Shown here piece by piece: positions 19,362 to 29,028 of a stretch of 64,000 nt of DNA. This DNA is from Deinococcales bacterium. GTDB lineage: Bacteria; Deinococcota; Deinococci; Deinococcales; JAAFIG01. Made by a program: the position numbers and the translations under genes. Under the pieces are notes generated by a model that worked only from the letters and a program-made list of their open reading frames with translations, was not told the DNA's origin and ran no database searches. Every line of letters starts with the position of its first letter. The first letter of the stretch is position 1. The stretch covers positions 137,111-201,110 of the forward strand of contig JANNVX010000018.1 in NCBI GenBank assembly GCA_031414595.1, given 5' to 3'.

Positions 19362-20857
19362 AATTGTATCCCTCCAACCCAAGTGCTTTCGAGATTCCAC
19401 TCGAGAACGGGGGTGTTGCTGTTGGCGTAAATGTTAAAATCGGCGTACTGACCAACTTCTAGTGTACCACGATTGTTTTGGTCATTACTCGAAATTGCGC
19501 CATTCAAAGTGAAGGCTTCGATACTTTCTTCAAGTGTGACTTGATTGCCAGTTCTAAAAGGCTCGAGGGTGGCGGCGTGAATGCCCACCAAAGGACTGAC
19601 TTCTTTGACTACAGGCGCATCACTCGAGAAGACCGTGGTTAGTCCAGCCTCCATCATGGCACGAAGGTTATAACAATGCGTTGCAAAGGCTTTTGGTAGG
19701 TATTTGGCAAAGTTTCCAGCCAGTTCATGCAGAAAAATTGGTTGTGGTACAACAATCACATCAAGTGCCTTGGCTCTAGCCAAATGGGTTGGGTTTGCCA
19801 ATCCAAAGTGTTCGATTCTATGTCGAATGCTTGGATGAGGGGATTTTGCCAGTCGTTCGTACACCGTTAAAATCTGGTCAAGCGCAACATCACCAATTGC
19901 GTGCGTGCCAATCCGAAAACCGTTTTGGTGTGCCTCGAGTGCCAGTTGGTACAATTCCTCGGTCTCAAAACGCAGTACCCCATGACTTGGAGTATCGGTG
20001 TTTTGGTAGGGGAGACTGACCGCAGCCGTCGCACCACTTAAGCCACCATCGGCAAAGAATTTAACACTGTCCACCCGCAGGAAACCCGAGACGAATTTCT
20101 CGGGTAGCGGATAGGTCTGGTTTCCGCCATCTGGACGACGAATAAACAGCAGATTGACCCGAATTGGTAGCGCATTTTCTGATTCGAGTTGACGGTATGC
20201 CTCGAGCAGCGTTGGGTCAACCGCAGGGTCGGTGCAACTGGTGATGCCGTGCTGAGCAAGCCAATCTAAACCCGCCAGAATAAATTTTTTGCAATCCTGT
20301 ACGCTAAAAGCGGGCATGGCTTTTAAGACTAAGCCGTGGGCGGTTTCAAAAAGCATTCCATTCTCGAAATGAATTTCACCGCCGTGTGGCACGGGCGTAG
20401 CAGCATCAATCCCTGCCAAATTCATTGCCCTCGAGTTGACGGCGTGAATATGAGCGCAAGTTCGGGTCAGCACTACAGGATTATGCGGCGCAACCGTATC
20501 CAGTACAGTTTTATTGGGGCTACCACTCAGCTTGGCTTCGTTCCAACCACGCCCGAGTAACCACTGCCCAGCCTCAAGGGTACTAACTCGAGAACGCACC
20601 AAGTCGTACACTTCCTCGAGTGTGCTTGCATCACGTAAATCCAGCATTGAGGTGCGAAGATGCCCAACTTTCCAAACGTGGACATGGGCATCGTTCCAAC
20701 CGGGATAGATTGCCAAACCGCCTAAATCTATGGTTTCTCGAGCTTCGAGGTTTGGATTATCCAGCGCCACAATTTTCCCGTCTTGAATGCCTAGGCTGGT
20801 AGCAGTTTGCCCTCGAGTTACCCAAATTTTTGCATTGATGAACATTAAGTCAATCAT
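19358..20857 (-). CDS. Amidohydrolase-3 (YtcJ-like)
   Basis: PGWNDAHVH, KFFADG, HAIGD, RHRIEH, SSDAPV, GQYADF. Confidence 0.92.
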   Translation of the reverse strand: MIDLMFINAKIWVTRGQTATSLGIQDGKIVALDNPNLEARETIDLGGLAIYPGWNDAHVHVWKVGHLRTSMLDLRDASTLEEVYDLVRSRVSTLEAGQWLLGRGWNEAKLSGSPNKTVLDTVAPHNPVVLTRTCAHIHAVNSRAMNLAGIDAATPVPHGGEIHFENGMLFETAHGLVLKAMPAFSVQDCKKFILAGLDWLAQHGITSCTDPAVDPTLLEAYRQLESENALPIRVNLLFIRRPDGGNQTYPLPEKFVSGFLRVDSVKFFADGGLSGATAAVSLPYQNTDTPSHGVLRFETEELYQLALEAHQNGFRIGTHAIGDVALDQILTVYERLAKSPHPSIRHRIEHFGLANPTHLARAKALDVIVVPQPIFLHELAGNFAKYLPKAFATHCYNLRAMMEAGLTTVFSSDAPVVKEVSPLVGIHAATLEPFRTGNQVTLEESIEAFTLNGAISSNDQNNRGTLEVGQYADFNIYANSNTPVLEWNLESTWVGGIQL

Positions 20858-20896
20858 TGACAACCTCCTTAAAAGTGCTATAGTGATTTTTAGAAA

Positions 20897-20956
20897 TGGC
20901 TCGCAGCCTGAAAAGTGACCGGATGGTCGCCTGCCGAAAGGATAGGAACGAGTCGC
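20897..20956 (-). ncRNA. Candidate DUF3800-associated structured RNA
   Basis: Nested CTCG/CGAG and CCT/AGG stems enclosing two hairpins immediately 3' of the DUF3800 gene. Confidence 0.5.
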
Positions 20957-20965
20957 AAAAGAACC

Positions 20966-21580
20966 TCATAATAGGGGTTCTTTTTTTAATTCTTTGAGCG
21001 TAATTTTTGACCGAAGAATTTCTAAGAGTTTTTCAGAATCTTCTCCTCGTTTTTGGCGATGGACAGCACCTGCAATAAAGTCTGCGAGTTGTAGTAATTC
21101 TGTCCTTGTTGAATCTACAAAAGTAAGGTCGGCAATTTCAGCGGCTAGTGTTTGACGAATATAAGACTTAAATAACCTCTTAAATTGACGATTATGCGTT
21201 CCATCTAAGCGAAAACGAGCTTTGGAAAAATCATTCTGAAAAACCAAGAGTGCTTGAGCAATCATCCACTGATAAGCATCAATACCATTTTGAGAGAAAA
21301 AACTTAATTCGAGGCTCGTTTTATCAATAGTGAATACTCGAGCTTCAAAATCAAGTGTTGAAATAAACTGAGCCAGATTCAAACGGCGAGAATTGTTCAT
21401 TTTGCTAAACTTAAATTCATCACGTTGACCTAGAGATTTTTGAAAATCTGCCAGCGCAATTGCGACAGATGTGGCTCGTTCATCATTGGCAAAAATCACC
21501 ATTGCAACGACAAAATACCGACTCGAGTTCTGCTCGAACTTAAAACCCGCATCACCACTTTCGTCTACAAAAACCAGCAT
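20966..21580 (-). CDS. DUF3800 domain protein
   Basis: FVDESGD, EFKF, DS....LQLADFIAG. Confidence 0.9.
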   Translation of the reverse strand: MLVFVDESGDAGFKFEQNSSRYFVVAMVIFANDERATSVAIALADFQKSLGQRDEFKFSKMNNSRRLNLAQFISTLDFEARVFTIDKTSLELSFFSQNGIDAYQWMIAQALLVFQNDFSKARFRLDGTHNRQFKRLFKSYIRQTLAAEIADLTFVDSTRTELLQLADFIAGAVHRQKRGEDSEKLLEILRSKITLKELKKEPLL

Positions 21581-21582
21581 AC

Positions 21583-22248
21583 TTACCACATCACCGCTTT
21601 ATTGCGCCAAACAATCAGAATGCCGTAATTGGCACAACTGGCATCCTCGAGATAGTCTGGAATCACCCCATGAATTCTGTAACCGCGTTTAAGTTGAATA
21701 CTCAGCACAGGGTCAAAGCGCTCACCACGAATGACTTGATGGAGGTATTCCTCTATCGGCATCTCGAGTTTCACCGCGCCGTAACCCTTTGGCATTGCCC
21801 CAGCGTAATGCCCATGCAGTCCAAGCCGTACCACAAGGTCTTGACGGGCTTTATAGAGCAAACTCGAGAGTCCTTGACTGCGATACTCGGGCAGCACCCC
21901 AATGTCTGCCCCGTACAACCAATGGGCGGTGCTGTCATGGGTGGTAAAAAATCCTTCACCCACGGCTGGAAAGAACTTATGCTGATAATGATTAAAGTCC
22001 AACTCGAGCATGATGTCACTCGAGCTTGCCACCACTTTATTGTCGAGCGTGTCCAGCACCACATGCTGCCCATCTGGAAAAATTTTGATGTGCGAAGCAA
22101 AATGATGTGCCGACATGATGTCTGCTTCGGCAAGCTCAGGAAAAGAAACCCGTTGAATGTTCTCGAGGGCGTGGGTCATGTCTATAGTGCTATTGACGAC
22201 GACATAACGCCCGTCAGAACTCGAGACCAGCGCTGGAAGATTGGTCAT
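21583..22248 (-). CDS. GNAT-family N-acetyltransferase
   Basis: LYGADIGVLPEYRSQG, DPVLSIQL, DYLEDASCANYG..IVWRN. Confidence 0.85.
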   Translation of the reverse strand: MTNLPALVSSSDGRYVVVNSTIDMTHALENIQRVSFPELAEADIMSAHHFASHIKIFPDGQHVVLDTLDNKVVASSSDIMLELDFNHYQHKFFPAVGEGFFTTHDSTAHWLYGADIGVLPEYRSQGLSSLLYKARQDLVVRLGLHGHYAGAMPKGYGAVKLEMPIEEYLHQVIRGERFDPVLSIQLKRGYRIHGVIPDYLEDASCANYGILIVWRNKAVMW

Positions 22249-22265
22249 AAATTACCCCAAATTAA

Positions 22266-22332
22266 CCGTAGGGGCAAGGCATGCCTTGCCCTTATTGTGA
22301 TGTGGTGGGTTAGGTAAGCCCAACCCCTACGG
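22266..22332. repeat. Inverted doublet of REP-like palindromes
   Basis: CCGTAGGGGCAAGGCatGCCTTGCCCT ... GGGTTAGGtaagCCCAACCCCTACGG. Confidence 0.7.
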
Positions 22333-22333
22333 T

Positions 22334-23698
22334 TTACGCATTTACAAGTTCTTTGGCTTTATGAACCGCATAAGCCGCACGAATTGCCCCTTGCACCACG
22401 CTTAGGGCTTCGTGCAGCATGGCAGGGTCAATATCAAGTTGAGGCAAGAACCGAATGCAGTTGCTGTACAAACCGGCTCTGAGCAGTATCACACCACCCT
22501 CGAGACAACGCTTGGCAACATCGGGGACAAGTTCGAGCCAAGGTTCTTTACTTACTTGGTCTTTGACAAATTCCACCACCATCATCCCGCCGATACCACG
22601 CACATCGCCAACACAGGGTAACTCGAGCATCATCGGTTCAAACATCTGGCGCACGGTCTTTTCGATATGGGCTGCGCCAGCTTGTAAATCAGAGCTTTGG
22701 AGTAATTCCAGTGCCTCGAGCGCCGCGACACAGGCTAACGGGTTACCGCCGTAAGTGCTGCCGACCCCACCAATATGAGCGCTGTCCATGATTTCGGCTC
22801 GAGCCGTGATTGCACTTAAGGGCAGTCCAGCCGCAAGGCTTTTGGCACTGATAATTATGTCTGGAATGACATTGCTATGTTCAATTGCCCAAAGTTTGCC
22901 AGTCCGCCCAGAACCACTTTGGATTTCATCGGCAATCATGACTGCACCAATGCGGCTACAGACTTCACGAATCTTCTCTAAGAACTCTTTTGGCACTGGA
23001 ATAAATCCACCTTCGCCAACCACAGGTTCAATCACGATACAGGCAACCGCACTTGGGTCAATATGGCTAACCATTGCATCGTCTAAGTTCTTGCAGCACC
23101 ACGCTAAATAATCCTCGCTCGAGATACCTTTTGGGGTGCGGTACAAGTTTGGCAGTGGCAAACGATAAACTTCTGGGGCAAACGGACCAAAACCTTTTTT
23201 GAACAAACCCCATTTGCTGGTCATTGCCATGGTGAGGTTGCTGCGTCCGTGGTATGCCCCCTCAAAGACAATCACGCCGGCTCTGCCCGTGAATTTCCGT
23301 GCCATTTTGACCGCGTTTTCTACGGCTTCTGCGCCACCATTGGAAAGAAGGGTTTTCTTGGGGTAATCGCCAGGTGTTAAACGGTTTAGGACTTCGCAGA
23401 CTTCAACATAGGGTTCGTAATTGGCGACAATACTGCACATATGTAAATACTTATCAACCTGAGCGTGAACTGCATCAGTGACGCTTTTCGGACGATGCCC
23501 AACTGCCAGAACCCCAATTCCACCCGCCAAATCAATAAAGGTATTGCCATCGGCATCTTTGACCAAACTACCTTCGGCACTAACCACCGCAATTCCATTT
23601 GCCATGGCTAAACCGCCACTTACCGCTTTGGCGCGACGTTCATTTAATTCCTTAGACTTTGCACCAGGAACACTTGTGACCAAATCAATAAAACCCAT
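22334..23698 (-). CDS. gabT: 4-aminobutyrate aminotransferase (class III PLP)
   Basis: DLAGGIGV, GAEAVENAVK, EPVVGEGG, ADEIQSG, AKSLAAG, STYGGNP. Confidence 0.85.
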   Translation of the reverse strand: MGFIDLVTSVPGAKSKELNERRAKAVSGGLAMANGIAVVSAEGSLVKDADGNTFIDLAGGIGVLAVGHRPKSVTDAVHAQVDKYLHMCSIVANYEPYVEVCEVLNRLTPGDYPKKTLLSNGGAEAVENAVKMARKFTGRAGVIVFEGAYHGRSNLTMAMTSKWGLFKKGFGPFAPEVYRLPLPNLYRTPKGISSEDYLAWCCKNLDDAMVSHIDPSAVACIVIEPVVGEGGFIPVPKEFLEKIREVCSRIGAVMIADEIQSGSGRTGKLWAIEHSNVIPDIIISAKSLAAGLPLSAITARAEIMDSAHIGGVGSTYGGNPLACVAALEALELLQSSDLQAGAAHIEKTVRQMFEPMMLELPCVGDVRGIGGMMVVEFVKDQVSKEPWLELVPDVAKRCLEGGVILLRAGLYSNCIRFLPQLDIDPAMLHEALSVVQGAIRAAYAVHKAKELVNA

Positions 23699-23744
23699 AA
23701 GACACCTCTTTTACAGTCTCGAGACGAAAAAACGTTATGCCGCT

Positions 23745-23801
23745 TCAGTCAAGAAGGGCTGGCGGCGGAATCGCATCGAGTTGCCACATAGAAAGGGTCA
23801 T
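23745..23801 (-). CDS. Candidate leader peptide MTLSMWQLDAIPPPALLD
   Basis: 18-codon uORF 10 nt after TAGACT, overlapping a GC hairpin, 46 nt before gabT. Confidence 0.5.
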   Translation of the reverse strand: MTLSMWQLDAIPPPALLD

Positions 23802-23848
23802 GGTTGGCTCGAGTCTACAGGTTTTGAGGGCTTAGGGCAACAAAGCAG

Positions 23849-23903
23849 TTATGGGCTTTGAGCTATGGGCTGTGAGAAAAGCTCAAGGCTCAAAGCCCAT
23901 AGC
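23849..23903. repeat. Inverted array of heptamer repeats
   Basis: TATGGGCTTTGAGC...GCTCAAAGCCCATA built from 7-mers. Confidence 0.65.
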
Positions 23904-23911
23904 CAAGTCCT

Positions 23912-25255
23912 CTACAGCATCTCGAGGTATCGCTCTAATTCCCATTCGTGAACTGTAGCGGCATACAATTTCCATTCAGCACGTTTGGCATGTAGAAAAT
24001 GACTGTAAATATGGTCGCCAAGCGCATCGCGGATTACACGGTCAGACTCGAGTTCGTTCAGGGCTTCACGTAGCGTGGTGGGTAGGTTTTTGACTTTATG
24101 TTTGCGTTTGTCACGGACACTCATGTCGTAGATGTTGCGTTGAATCGGTGGTGGCGGCTCGAGTTTGGTTTGAATGCCGTGTAATCCAGCCCCCAAAATG
24201 GCGGCAAAAGCAAGATACGGATTGGCGGCTGGGTCTGGAATGCGAAGCTCAGTGCGTGTGCCTACACCACGCCTTGCAGGTACGCGAATCATGGCGCTGC
24301 GATTACTTGCACTCCATGCGATGGTCGTGGGGGCTTCAAATCCGGGGACTAGGCGTTTATAACTGTTGATGATTGGGTTGGTAATCGCTACCATCCCCGA
24401 GGCATGTTCGAGCAAGCCACCAATAAAAAACTGGGCGGTTTTAGAAAGCTGAAATTGTCCCTTGGGGTCTAGGAAAGTGTTTTGGTCGCCCTTAAATAAA
24501 CTCAAATGTAAGTGCATTCCACTGCCGGGCATGGTAGCGACAGGTTTGGGCATAAAGGTGGCGTGGAGGTTGTGGGCAAGCGCAACCCGCTTAACCACGA
24601 ACTTAAAAGTGGAAATTGCATCGGCAGTCTCGAGTGCATTGGCATACTTAAAGTCTATTTCATGTTGTCCGGGCGCAACTTCGTGGTGTGCTGCTTCGAC
24701 TTCAAAACCAAGCTCGAGTAAATGATTGACCATATCGCGTCTGGCTTCTTCGCCTTTATCGAGTGGTGCAAGGTCAAAGTAACCAGCCGCATCATGGGTG
24801 ATGGTCGTGGCGGTGTCATTAGCACTGCGCTGGAATAAGAAAAACTCGAGTTCAGGTCCAAAATTGGCTTTGTCAAAACCCGCTTTGCTGGTTTTTTCAA
24901 TCATCCGTTTTAAGGCAAATCTCGGGTCGCCTTCAAAGGGTTTGCCGTCGGGTAGGGCAATATCGCAGATGACTCTGGCTACCCGTCCGCGTTTAGCGTC
25001 CGATTCGCTAAAAACAGGATAAACCCTAAAAGTCTCGAGGTCTGGGTGAAGCAGCATGTCTGATTCTTCGACTCTTGTAAAGCCTTCGATACTGCTGCCG
25101 TCAAACATAATCTGCCCATCTAAGGCTTTGGAAAATTGGTTGATTGGCACTTCGACGTTTTTGGCTACGCCAAGAACATCGGTGAATTGAAGTCGCAAAA
25201 AGCGAACCTGTTCTGCTGCTAGGGTTTTAAGAACTTCGGCGGTTGTGGTTGGCAT
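23912..25255 (-). CDS. glnA: Glutamine synthetase type I family protein
   Basis: FDGSSIEGF, HHEVAPGQHEI, TFMPKP, GSGMH, YKRLVPGFEAP, NRSAMIRVP, ELR.PDP.ANPY. Confidence 0.9.
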   Translation of the reverse strand: MPTTTAEVLKTLAAEQVRFLRLQFTDVLGVAKNVEVPINQFSKALDGQIMFDGSSIEGFTRVEESDMLLHPDLETFRVYPVFSESDAKRGRVARVICDIALPDGKPFEGDPRFALKRMIEKTSKAGFDKANFGPELEFFLFQRSANDTATTITHDAAGYFDLAPLDKGEEARRDMVNHLLELGFEVEAAHHEVAPGQHEIDFKYANALETADAISTFKFVVKRVALAHNLHATFMPKPVATMPGSGMHLHLSLFKGDQNTFLDPKGQFQLSKTAQFFIGGLLEHASGMVAITNPIINSYKRLVPGFEAPTTIAWSASNRSAMIRVPARRGVGTRTELRIPDPAANPYLAFAAILGAGLHGIQTKLEPPPPIQRNIYDMSVRDKRKHKVKNLPTTLREALNELESDRVIRDALGDHIYSHFLHAKRAEWKLYAATVHEWELERYLEML

Positions 25256-25357
25256 GATGTCACCTCTAAACGTGCAAGATGATACCTTATTTTTGTGCAA
25301 TGTGCGAAATGTCCTTAAGAATCTGTAAGCTCTAAGGTCAAAATTGTTGTTGTGTCT

Positions 25358-25729
25358 TTAGTTTTGTTGTACAGATTGTTCGGTATTCGAGTTTTTTGTG
25401 GTTTCATCGGCAGCAAAACTTAAGGGTTCTTCGGGCGATAAATCTTTTGGGGTGCTGTCTTGCTCGAGTAACTGTGCCATGACGCTTTCACGGTCTCGCA
25501 TCGTTTGGGTTAAGCGGTCTATCTCGAGTTTTAAGGGTTCTAAACCCGCCAAGTCGGTAGAATTGGCATGGTACGCTCTGCCTAGCCGAGCAAATTGTTG
25601 TTCGCGCTCGCGCTCGAGTCGAATCAGTTCAAGCCGCAGTCGTCCGATACGTGCGCCTAACTCGCCTTTTTCTTTGGCGACATTCCAGCCTTGTTGCAGG
25701 GTGTTTTTGAGGTTCTCGAGTAAGCTCAT
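25358..25729 (-). CDS. Hypothetical coiled-coil protein
   Basis: GGAG RBS before MSLLENLK; helical, charged. Confidence 0.7.
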   Translation of the reverse strand: MSLLENLKNTLQQGWNVAKEKGELGARIGRLRLELIRLEREREQQFARLGRAYHANSTDLAGLEPLKLEIDRLTQTMRDRESVMAQLLEQDSTPKDLSPEEPLSFAADETTKNSNTEQSVQQN

Positions 25730-25857
25730 AGTAGCTCCGTTGGGCGGCTTGGTACTTTCGGTGTGAGATTTCCCACGTTTTGTTATCGTAGCAAGTCCTT
25801 CTTTCAAGAATCTTACAGCACAAATTAAATCCAGCCCACCTCTAATTGGAGGTCTAA

Positions 25858-27126
25858 TTAGCTTAGAAATAGTGCGATTGCCTCGGTGTACAACTTAGCA
25901 CTCAGTACAAGTTGGTCAATCCGAATAAATTCATTGGCTTGATGCGGAATTTCGCGGTCTCCCGGTCCGATGGTGACAATTGGCACACCAGCTTGGTGTA
26001 GAAAAGTTCCATCGGTCGTACCGGGTACACCACCATAACGCGGTTCACGCTTTAAGACGGTGCGGCTGGCTGCTTCAAGAACCGTAACAATTTTGGCTTC
26101 TGGGTCGGTGGCAGTCCAAGGGCGGTCATCAATAATTTCGTACTGGGTCTGGGCATCGGCAATCGAATCAAGAATCTGGCGCAACCGAGTATGGATTTCC
26201 GAGTGGTCAATCCCCGGAACAGTGCGAATATCTAGGGCTAAAAGTGCTTCGCCGGGCATGACATTCAGTTGTGGCAAACTGCCCGCTTGTAGCACTGTTG
26301 GTGTGATGTAAGGCTTACCCAATAAGGGGTGAGCTGGCGTTTTGGCTTGTAATTCTGCCTCGAGTTGCCCAATGCCTAACACAGCTTTAGCCAACCACGG
26401 AATCGGATTGATTCCCGCATATGGCATCGCGCCATGGGCTTGTTTACCGATAAAACGCATGGCGACCCGAATACCGCCGCGCTGAAATAAGCAAAGTTCT
26501 AATTCTTCGGGTTCACAAATGATTGCGCCGTCTGCCACAACTCCATTTTTTTTGTGCCAACTGTGCCGAATCATTTGTTTAATCCCAGACATCATCCCTT
26601 CTTCATCACATGGAATTAAAAGCCGCAACTCGCCGCGTAAATTAAGCACGCCCTCGAGAACAAGGTTTTTAATGGTTTTAGCGGCGACAATGGCAGCCGC
26701 CAAACCACCCTTCATATCGGCACTGCCACGACCCCAAAGGATGCCATCTTCTATCTCGCCAGAAAATGGGTCACGGGTCCAAGCACTGCGTTCGCCTTCG
26801 GTCACGACATCGGTATGACCCTCGAGAATCAGTAAAGAGCCGAGTTTACCAGTATCAAAACTCGCCATTAAATTGAGGCGTTGGGGTGCAACTTCCTCGA
26901 GTTGAATTTCAAAACCAGCTTGCTCGAGGTATTGGGCTAAGTACCGTGCGACTCCAATCTCATGTGGACGATTTGGCGCAGCCACCGAATCCATTCGCAC
27001 CAAATGTTGGGTTAAATCTATAACTTCTTGTTCATTCAGCCCAGATGCAATTGGTTCGTCTAGCCAAGATACAATTGGTTCGTCTAGCCCAGATACAATT
27101 GGTTCGTCCAGCCCAGATGCACTCAC
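25858..27126 (-). CDS. M20 metallopeptidase/deacylase (ArgE/DapE-like)
   Basis: EGHTDVV, GRGSADMKGG, DEE, ICEPE, HQANE. Confidence 0.92.
   Translation of the reverse strand: MSASGLDEPIVSGLDEPIVSWLDEPIASGLNEQEVIDLTQHLVRMDSVAAPNRPHEIGVARYLAQYLEQAGFEIQLEEVAPQRLNLMASFDTGKLGSLLILEGHTDVVTEGERSAWTRDPFSGEIEDGILWGRGSADMKGGLAAAIVAAKTIKNLVLEGVLNLRGELRLLIPCDEEGMMSGIKQMIRHSWHKKNGVVADGAIICEPEELELCLFQRGGIRVAMRFIGKQAHGAMPYAGINPIPWLAKAVLGIGQLEAELQAKTPAHPLLGKPYITPTVLQAGSLPQLNVMPGEALLALDIRTVPGIDHSEIHTRLRQILDSIADAQTQYEIIDDRPWTATDPEAKIVTVLEAASRTVLKREPRYGGVPGTTDGTFLHQAGVPIVTIGPGDREIPHQANEFIRIDQLVLSAKLYTEAIALFLS
27038..27121. repeat. 24-bp tandem repeat (about 3.5 copies) in the M20 gene 5' end
   Basis: Unit CAGATACAATTGGTTCGTCTAGCC encoding SGLDEPIV. 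Confidence 0.85.
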
Positions 27127-28079
27127 TTGACCCCAGTACGACCTAAAAATAGTAATAAAACCCCAAATAAAACCACGTACAACACAATCGCCAATGGCAG
27201 TAACCAGCGCCGTTGTGAAGCCTGAACGGTGTTCCCTTCGTAAATCATGGTACTGGTTGGGTCTACTTGTAAGTCCGGCGAATAGCCTTCATCTTTATGC
27301 AGTTGAGGTAGTGGATAAGGTTTGCTGCGCGGCATTAAACGCTTGACTCTAGCCACCACACAAGTGATGTTGTCGTGACCTCCAGCAGTATTGGCAAGCT
27401 CGACCAATTCGGCAGTTACCGATTCTACAGGGTCGTAAACACGTTCTAAGGCTACCCTTAACATTTGCTGTTCTGTCACCAAATTCGATAAACCATCGGA
27501 GCAAATCAAAATAATGTCGCCCTCGAGCAGATTCATGCCAAATAAATCTAGGCGCAATTGTGGTCTCGAGCCAAGCGCATTGGTAATCACATTGCGCCAT
27601 TTATGGTCTCGGGCTTCTTCTTCGCTGAGTAAACCCTGCCGCACCCGCTCGGCGACCCAAGAATGGTCTCGGGTTAGTTGTTCGATTCGACTACCACGAA
27701 TTAAATACGCCCTCGAGTCGCCAACATGCCCAACGATAGCAGCGTTACCATCCACCACCACGGCGGTCATGGTTGTCCCCATGCCCCGTGATTCGGCGCG
27801 GCGGCTGGCGTGTTGAAAAACCGCTAAGTTACTGCGCTGCATCGCCCTTGGTAAACTCTGGGTTGGTACATCTGCTAATTCACGCATGGCGGCAACCAAA
27901 GATTCAGTTGCCATGTTTGAAGCCACTTCGCCCGTCCGATGCCCACCCATACCATCGGCAACCAAGAAAAGCTCGCCATTAGGCAGCGATTCTTTCGCCC
28001 AAGTGTCCTCGTTAAGCTCCCGAACTTGTCCCGGATGGGTGAATCCAGCCACCTCGAGTGGCACGATACTCTGCGTCAT
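27123..28079 (-). CDS. PP2C/Stp1-family Ser/Thr phosphatase
   Basis: RELNED, VADGMGGH, GMGTT, HVGDSRAY, CSDGL, GGHDNIT; C-terminal TM helix. Confidence 0.95.
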   Translation of the reverse strand: MTQSIVPLEVAGFTHPGQVRELNEDTWAKESLPNGELFLVADGMGGHRTGEVASNMATESLVAAMRELADVPTQSLPRAMQRSNLAVFQHASRRAESRGMGTTMTAVVVDGNAAIVGHVGDSRAYLIRGSRIEQLTRDHSWVAERVRQGLLSEEEARDHKWRNVITNALGSRPQLRLDLFGMNLLEGDIILICSDGLSNLVTEQQMLRVALERVYDPVESVTAELVELANTAGGHDNITCVVARVKRLMPRSKPYPLPQLHKDEGYSPDLQVDPTSTMIYEGNTVQASQRRWLLPLAIVLYVVLFGVLLLFLGRTGVK

Positions 28080-28281
28080 GGTTCTCCCAGTATACGATGA
28101 TTAAGTGGTACTTGTGTTCGGTTCATTCTTTTGTCTTTAGTCGCTACCTCAACCTTGGGCATTGCCCCAAACCAATCTGCAAAAGCCATGTCACCATTGT
28201 GACGTATTGGAACACTGAAAGTCAAAAACCCATGTGCTTTGCGGTACAGCACCTAACCCAGAATTCGGCAATACTATCCAC

Positions 28282-28986
28282 ATGAAAACCGCTCTCATTA
28301 CTGGAGGCAGCAAGGGCATCGGGTACGCCGTAGCTGCTGCTTTAATCGAAAACAATTGGAATACTGTCATCACAGCCCGTAACCAAAGCGAACTCGAGAT
28401 GGCTGCCAATACCCTAAACGCGCTTGGTAAGGGACGCGCCATTGGAATTGTAGCTGATGTCCGCGATTACCCAAGTTTAGAAAAAGCCGTAAACACCGCT
28501 ACCAGCGAATTTGTCAGTCTGGACTGCGTGGTGGCAAATGCTGGCGTGGGCATTTTCAAACCTGTCCAAGATTTAACCTTGGAAGACTGGAACACGGTCA
28601 TAGACACCAACCTTACAGGGGTATTTTACACCATCAAAGCTGCTATTCCTGCCTTAGAAAAAAGTCAAGGCTATATTTTTAACATCTCGAGTCTTGCGGG
28701 TAAAAACGCTTTTGCAGGAGCCGCCGCTTACAACGCCTCAAAATTTGGCTTAAATGGCTTTAGCGAAGCGATTATGCTTGACCTTCGCGCTTTGGGCATC
28801 AAAGTCACGCAAATCATGCCCGGCAGTGTCGCCACTTACTTTAATAACCATACGCCCAACCAAAAAGACGCTTGGAAAATTCAACCAGAAGATATTGCTC
28901 AAATTATCCTAGATTTGCTGGCAATGCCTGCCCGAACCTTACCAAGCCGCGTTGAAGTTCGCCCAAGCCAACCAACTAAAAAATAG
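28282..28986 (+). CDS. SDR-family oxidoreductase
   Basis: TGGSKGIG, NAG, YNASK. Confidence 0.95.
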   Translation: MKTALITGGSKGIGYAVAAALIENNWNTVITARNQSELEMAANTLNALGKGRAIGIVADVRDYPSLEKAVNTATSEFVSLDCVVANAGVGIFKPVQDLTLEDWNTVIDTNLTGVFYTIKAAIPALEKSQGYIFNISSLAGKNAFAGAAAYNASKFGLNGFSEAIMLDLRALGIKVTQIMPGSVATYFNNHTPNQKDAWKIQPEDIAQIILDLLAMPARTLPSRVEVRPSQPTKK

Positions 28987-29028
28987 AGGAAAGGGCAATT
29001 TTTTCTCTTTCTTTTGTTACACTCCCTA

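Noticed and set aside
23760-23845. Possible tRNA-Sec (TGGCGG...GGTTTTGA)
   Set aside because: No T-loop, acceptor stem or UCA anticodon arm can be built.
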